DNA of 64,000 bases, taken from the NCBI GenBank assembly GCA_949297765.1, contig CASFTV010000004.1, positions 85,115 through 149,114 on the forward strand. Reading direction: 5' to 3'. The stretch comes from an uncultured bacterium (GTDB lineage Bacteria > Verrucomicrobiota > Lentisphaeria > Victivallales > UBA1829). The position numbers were made by a program, and so were the translations under genes. The notes below the pieces were generated by a model, which saw only the letters and a list, made by a program, of their open reading frames with translations, was not told the origin of the DNA and searched no databases. Shown piece after piece: positions 59,578-64,000 of the stretch. Positions within the stretch are counted from its first letter, which is position 1. Every line of letters begins with the position of its first letter.

Positions 59578-61803
59578 ATGGAAACATGGGCAGATAAAAA
59601 CAGCGCATCGCAGGGAAAAGAGGGCCGCGTCTGGATTATAATCTACGCAGTGGTACAATTGATGGTCATGGTCTTGACTTCATTTGCTCCGGTACTCGAC
59701 CAGAAGTTGTGGTGCATGGGATATGCTCAGGGCTTGGCTCTTAATGAGAATATTTTAAATCCTTTTGTGGAGAGTATCACGCTGGACCCGGCCCCGGTGG
59801 CTTTCGGACTGCCTCATATTTATTTGATGAGCCTCTTGATCCGAATGGGAATCCATGCCAATTTGGCCTATGATTTGCTCCTGCTTTTCTGGACAGGAGT
59901 ATCGACCTTTTTTGCTTTTAAAATCTGTCGTTTTTTTGGTCTCAGTCGAACATGGTCTGCATTCTTCATGATATTTTTCCCTCTACTTCCAGGTATTCAG
60001 TTTCATCATGGCTATGGAGCTTTGGGAATTGGGTACATGCTTTTTCCCGCATATATCTATCCTGTGTTGCGGTTGTTTTCAGAAAAAAAGTGGAAATGGA
60101 GAATTTGCTTTGCCGTTTTTACATTTATCTCAACTGTAATTGCGATTTTTATGGATGGGTATTCCTTTGTCATGATAGAAGTGTTGAATGCCATGATTAT
60201 TTTGTGTTCTTTGCGCAAAGATACTTGGAAAATATGCGTTCAGTTCAGTATTCCTGTTTATGTACTTTCTCTCTTATGCGCTTATATTTCTTATAAGTCG
60301 TTTGCCGGGAAAATGGTTATGGAAACTTTCCCTCCGGAAATATTTTCTCAATTTAAAGCGCTTTGCATGGCGTATTTGTTGCCGATGGAGAATTTTTTAC
60401 TTCCCGCGAATTATTTTCCTATTTCTCTGCCGTTTAGGTGTGAATATTTTCAAGGCTTTTTATTCTCGCTTCCGTTACTCCTTGTTAATATCGTGTTTAT
60501 TTTTTTGTATGGCAGAAGCATAAAGAAAAATCCATTGTATTACGGTTTTCTACTCGTGGGGCTTTGGGCTTTTTGGTTAAGTATGGGAACCATGTTTTAT
60601 ATTTCCAAGGAATGTTCATTTCCAACGTTTAATGCACTATGGTACATGTTGCCAGGATTCAGTACCATGCGAGCCGTTGCCAGATGGGGTATCCTTGTCC
60701 AGATCGTATTGGTTCTTTCATTGCTTCTGCTGTTTGTTCACAGCGACAAAAAGAGCATGCTTCCATTGTTGATCGTTTTATTTGTCTTGAATTTCCTGCC
60801 AGCTCCTCAGCAAATATCGGAGGCCAAAAATCGTAAAAGAACAGGATACAACATTTCAGAAATGATGATCGCTGATTTAAGCCCTTATGTGAAAGCCGGA
60901 GAAACAATATTGTTTTTGCCGATTAAAAACAGTTTTATTTCTCAATATGTCGCAGGGCGGTTGAATGTAAACTGCTGGAATGTCGGTGGCGATAAGAATA
61001 TGAAGCGATTGATGGAGGCGTATCCGATATGTATAAAAAAAATCACGGACTATTGGTGCAGCCGAAACGATGAAATTCCTCAGCAACACCTTTACGACTG
61101 GTTCGTGTTTGAAATTCTTTGTAAAACGCCGCTTGATGCGGTTGTCCTGGACTATAATATTACTTGGTCAATGCCTGGAAATCTCAATCGAAACATTCAT
61201 AAACCATTTGCGTTAAAAATGGAAAAACGTCTGGCGAATTATGGGAGTGTTGATATTCAGCATGCCAAACATTTTTCAATCTATCGATTAAAACCGGAGT
61301 TCAAGCGCCACAAAGACGGAGAAATCATCCAAGAGCGACTCAATCTGGCGCTTGGGAATATCATGAGCAATGCTCCACATAAAGAGTTCACGGACTTTCA
61401 CGCGGTGTTTTTGGATAAAGGTTTTGCCGGGCGTGAGTCGTGGGGTGTGTGGGCCAATGAAAAAGATGCGGTATTCTATTTGAAACTCCCCCCCAGAGGA
61501 TCAGAGAATATTCGTCTGAAGTTTCAAATCAGACCTTTTTACGGGATGAAATATGCCAACATTTACCAGGATGGCCGCCTTATACATACATGGAAATTTG
61601 ATTCACCGAGGCTTGCTAACTATTTCCTTGATATAAAAGTTCCTTTGAATAGAGATATTGTACAGCTTCGATTTGAGCAGTTCGATTTGCGTCGGGCCTG
61701 CGATTGTATAAAGGATTCCAAAGATACCAGAACATTGGGAATCGGCTTTTTTACCGTTGATGTTCTTGATATGGGAAAAAATAATATAGAGGTGAAAAAA
61801 TGA
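59578..61803 (+). CDS. Polytopic membrane protein with a large C-terminal soluble domain, GT-C-like glycosyltransferase or polymerase (tentative)
   Basis: 741 aa. About 400 aa are hydrophobic helices (e.g. IIYAVVQLMVMVLTSFAPVL, FFMIFFPLLPGIQFHHGYGALGIGYMLFPAYIYPVL), followed by about 340 aa of hydrophilic domain. No specific family motif recognised. Confidence 0.5.
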   Translation: METWADKNSASQGKEGRVWIIIYAVVQLMVMVLTSFAPVLDQKLWCMGYAQGLALNENILNPFVESITLDPAPVAFGLPHIYLMSLLIRMGIHANLAYDLLLLFWTGVSTFFAFKICRFFGLSRTWSAFFMIFFPLLPGIQFHHGYGALGIGYMLFPAYIYPVLRLFSEKKWKWRICFAVFTFISTVIAIFMDGYSFVMIEVLNAMIILCSLRKDTWKICVQFSIPVYVLSLLCAYISYKSFAGKMVMETFPPEIFSQFKALCMAYLLPMENFLLPANYFPISLPFRCEYFQGFLFSLPLLLVNIVFIFLYGRSIKKNPLYYGFLLVGLWAFWLSMGTMFYISKECSFPTFNALWYMLPGFSTMRAVARWGILVQIVLVLSLLLLFVHSDKKSMLPLLIVLFVLNFLPAPQQISEAKNRKRTGYNISEMMIADLSPYVKAGETILFLPIKNSFISQYVAGRLNVNCWNVGGDKNMKRLMEAYPICIKKITDYWCSRNDEIPQQHLYDWFVFEILCKTPLDAVVLDYNITWSMPGNLNRNIHKPFALKMEKRLANYGSVDIQHAKHFSIYRLKPEFKRHKDGEIIQERLNLALGNIMSNAPHKEFTDFHAVFLDKGFAGRESWGVWANEKDAVFYLKLPPRGSENIRLKFQIRPFYGMKYANIYQDGRLIHTWKFDSPRLANYFLDIKVPLNRDIVQLRFEQFDLRRACDCIKDSKDTRTLGIGFFTVDVLDMGKNNIEVKK

Positions 61804-62747
61804 AGCTTTTTATTCAGATTCCATGTTTCAATGAGGAAAAAACTTTGCCGGCGGTTGTACACGATCTGCCAAAAAAGATTGATGGAATTGATGAGATAGA
61901 ATACATGGTTATTGATGACGGGAGTACAGACGCGACGATCGCAGTAGCGAAGTCTTTGAATATTCATCATATATTGGAGCATAAAACCAATCGAGGACTC
62001 GCAGCATCCTTCCGAGATGGAATTGAATATGCGCTGCAACATGGAGCGGATCTGGTTGTGAATACCGATGGGGATAACCAGTATTTTGGAGGTGATATTG
62101 AAAAGCTTTGTCGGCCGCTCCTTGAGCACCAAGCGGATCTGGTTGTGGGATGCCGACCAATTTTGACACACCAGGAATTTTCGCCGTTAAAAAAAATCCT
62201 CCAGTTATTGGGTTCGTGGACATTGCGGCAAATTTCCAGAACCAATGTTCGGGATGCCGCCAGCGGGTTCCGGGCATTTTCCAGAGAGACCTGTATGCGA
62301 ATTTTTATTCATTCCAGATTTTCCTATTGCATGGAGACCCTTATTCAAGCAGGGAACTCAGGCTTGCGAATTGCTTCTGTGGACATCAGGGTCAATCCGA
62401 AAACCAGAGAAAGTCGCTTGTTCAGAAGTATTCCGCAATATATACGAAAATCCGGAGGAACTATGCTAGCAATGTTCATTTTATATCGTCCGGTAACGTT
62501 TTTCCTGATTTGCAGTATTCCTTTCTGGCTGATTTCATGTGGAATCGGAATTCGAGCTCTGACTCTGGCCTGGAGCACCTCCGGCGGTTTAGTTCGCGAT
62601 CACCTGCCCTCACTTCTTTTACTGGTCATTTCGGCAACAATAGCAATTATGTTTGATGCGTTGGCTCTGATCGGAGATCTATTGCGAGCGCAGCGGCGGC
62701 TTACAGAGGAAGTTTTGTACCAGATCCGGAAACAAAACATGAAATGA
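61800..62747 (+). CDS. Glycosyltransferase family 2, GtrB/ArnC/DPM1-like polyprenyl-phosphate sugar synthase
   Basis: N-terminus LFIQIPCFNEEKTLPAVVHDL...IEYMVIDDGSTDATIAVAKSL. DxD-like NTDGDNQY. Two C-terminal TM helices. ATGA overlap with the upstream gene. Confidence 0.8.
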   Translation: MKLFIQIPCFNEEKTLPAVVHDLPKKIDGIDEIEYMVIDDGSTDATIAVAKSLNIHHILEHKTNRGLAASFRDGIEYALQHGADLVVNTDGDNQYFGGDIEKLCRPLLEHQADLVVGCRPILTHQEFSPLKKILQLLGSWTLRQISRTNVRDAASGFRAFSRETCMRIFIHSRFSYCMETLIQAGNSGLRIASVDIRVNPKTRESRLFRSIPQYIRKSGGTMLAMFILYRPVTFFLICSIPFWLISCGIGIRALTLAWSTSGGLVRDHLPSLLLLVISATIAIMFDALALIGDLLRAQRRLTEEVLYQIRKQNMK

Positions 62748-62793
62748 TTCAGGATGGAAGAAGGAAAACATTCAGCAGAGAGATCGGAACAGC

Positions 62794-63267
62794 ATGTCAG
62801 TAAACTCTTTTGTACATATGACTTTTGACCGTGTTCTTAGAAAGTCTTTTATTTATAAAGCAATGAGATTTTCTGTCACATCGTTTGTTGCACTGGTGCT
62901 GCACCTTATTATCAATGTATTTGGACATGAACAGCTGGGGATCAATGTAAATATCACCTATCCGATCTCTCTGGTTATAATTTCACTATCGACATTTTTG
63001 ATGTTGCGCTTTTTTGTATATCCAGGAGCTTCGGAAAAAAAGATTGTCCGGCAAGGATCTCAATTTATTATTTCAACGATCGTATTTCGTCTTTTAGAAT
63101 GGGGATTGTTTTCATTGTTAGTCAATACTTTTAAGTTATGGTATATTTTCAGTATTGTTGCTGCGCAGATGATCGGAACGATTTCCAAGTTTATATTTTT
63201 CAACTTTTTTGTCTTCGGCCAAGCTGTGTTGAGCCAAGAATCTCTTCGGAGAGATGAAGCAGAATAG
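62794..63267 (+). CDS. GtrA-like family small membrane protein
   Basis: 157 aa with four TM helices. The C-terminal ISKFIFFNFFVFG is typical of the GtrA-like family. Confidence 0.7.
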   Translation: MSVNSFVHMTFDRVLRKSFIYKAMRFSVTSFVALVLHLIINVFGHEQLGINVNITYPISLVIISLSTFLMLRFFVYPGASEKKIVRQGSQFIISTIVFRLLEWGLFSLLVNTFKLWYIFSIVAAQMIGTISKFIFFNFFVFGQAVLSQESLRRDEAE

Positions 63268-63346
63268 AAATTCTGTTTTCTTCCAAACATATTGCAAGGG
63301 GAAGGAAAAAGTGAAGCCTTACAAAAAACAGCAAGAGGCAAAGATT

Positions 63347-64000
63347 ATGATTGATCTGCGAGCCAAGCCGAATACCGGAATCTGGCGTTATGCAGATACT
63401 CTGCTGAAGAACCTCGACAGGAAATGTATCCAGTATACAGACCCATTTACGGATTATTCCGGTTTGAGTAGGATTTCTCCATTCAATGCAGTAAGGCGTT
63501 TTTTCTATGAACTTACCGTGCTTCCATTCCTGCTGAAAAAAAAAGGAATAGATCTCTTTCATTGTACCAAAAACTTCGGGTTGCCTCCAATTACATTCGG
63601 GGTTCGAAAAGTCCTTACCATTCAGGATATAATACCTTTGCGCCTGCCTGAGTATACAAAGAACCGCCTGGACTGGTTGTATTATTATACCAACCTGTTG
63701 ATCTCCTGCATTGCTGCAGACAGCATCATTTGTATTTCCTCTTTTACAGCACGAGAATTGCTCCATTTTTTCCCAGGTCTCAAAGGAAAAATATCAATCA
63801 TTCATTTGGGTGTGGATTATAATAGATTTGCCAAAATGGAATCGGCGATTACTCAAGTCAAGGGATTTGATTTACATCGGAAATATATTTTAACGATGGG
63901 GGGAACTGAACCCCGGAAGAATACAAAAATTGTTACTGGAATTTTCCTGAAGGAGGACGCTTTTCCTGGCTATGACTTGGTAATCATCGGAACAGAATGG
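63347..64000 (+). CDS. Glycosyltransferase family 4, N-terminal part (partial, runs off the right edge)
   Basis: Not in the ORF track (no stop). My translation from the ATG at 63347 gives MIDLRAKPNTGIWRYADTLLKNL...DLFHCTKNFGLPP...LTMGGTEPRKNTKIV, open to 64000. This is the typical GT4 N-domain and EPRKN linker. Confidence 0.75.
   Translation, partial: MIDLRAKPNTGIWRYADTLLKNLDRKCIQYTDPFTDYSGLSRISPFNAVRRFFYELTVLPFLLKKKGIDLFHCTKNFGLPPITFGVRKVLTIQDIIPLRLPEYTKNRLDWLYYYTNLLISCIAADSIICISSFTARELLHFFPGLKGKISIIHLGVDYNRFAKMESAITQVKGFDLHRKYILTMGGTEPRKNTKIVTGIFLKEDAFPGYDLVIIGTEW

Overview
This window looks like chromosomal DNA from a PVC-superphylum bacterium; Lentisphaerota/Victivallales-like is my best guess and is inference only. 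The left edge holds a partial AddB-like nuclease gene (missing from the supplied ORF track), a lone OppB/DppB-type ABC permease and tRNA-Arg(CCT). From about 2.5 to 50.2 kb there are five adjacent polysaccharide-utilisation-like operons (A-E). Each has an AraC- or LacI-family regulator and one to four glycoside hydrolase or CBM genes. These include a GH29 fucosidase, GH5, a GH42-like enzyme, two ~1,580-aa GH2-like paralogs, a BNR sialidase-like protein, a DUF4965 glutaminase-like protein, clan GH-A multidomain enzymes and a metallophosphoesterase-PHP fusion. Each operon also has exactly one small pilin-like protein (prepilin-type N-terminus F[ST]LIELL, C-terminal H-X9-DG-like motif) sitting directly 5' of a large signal-peptide-bearing enzyme. 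No sugar transporter is encoded anywhere in these ~48 kb. This recurring cassette of regulator, pilin-like protein and secreted CAZyme is my best candidate for an undescribed system. At 50.4-53.0 kb there is a MATE efflux gene and an orphan three-gene phage-tail-like module (tube / chaperone / acidic protein). At 53.2-64 kb there is a clearly lower-GC glycan-biosynthesis island. It carries gmd, a repeat-bearing methyltransferase gene split by a 17-nt deletion inside a 45-nt tandem repeat, four GT4-type glycosyltransferases, and a triad of GT-C-like membrane protein, GtrB-like GT2 and GtrA-like protein. I saw no rRNA, CRISPR, transposase or integrase. Many long ORFs in the supplied track are codon-aligned antisense shadows of real genes and were rejected. 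All family calls rest on motif recognition by eye; no searches were run.
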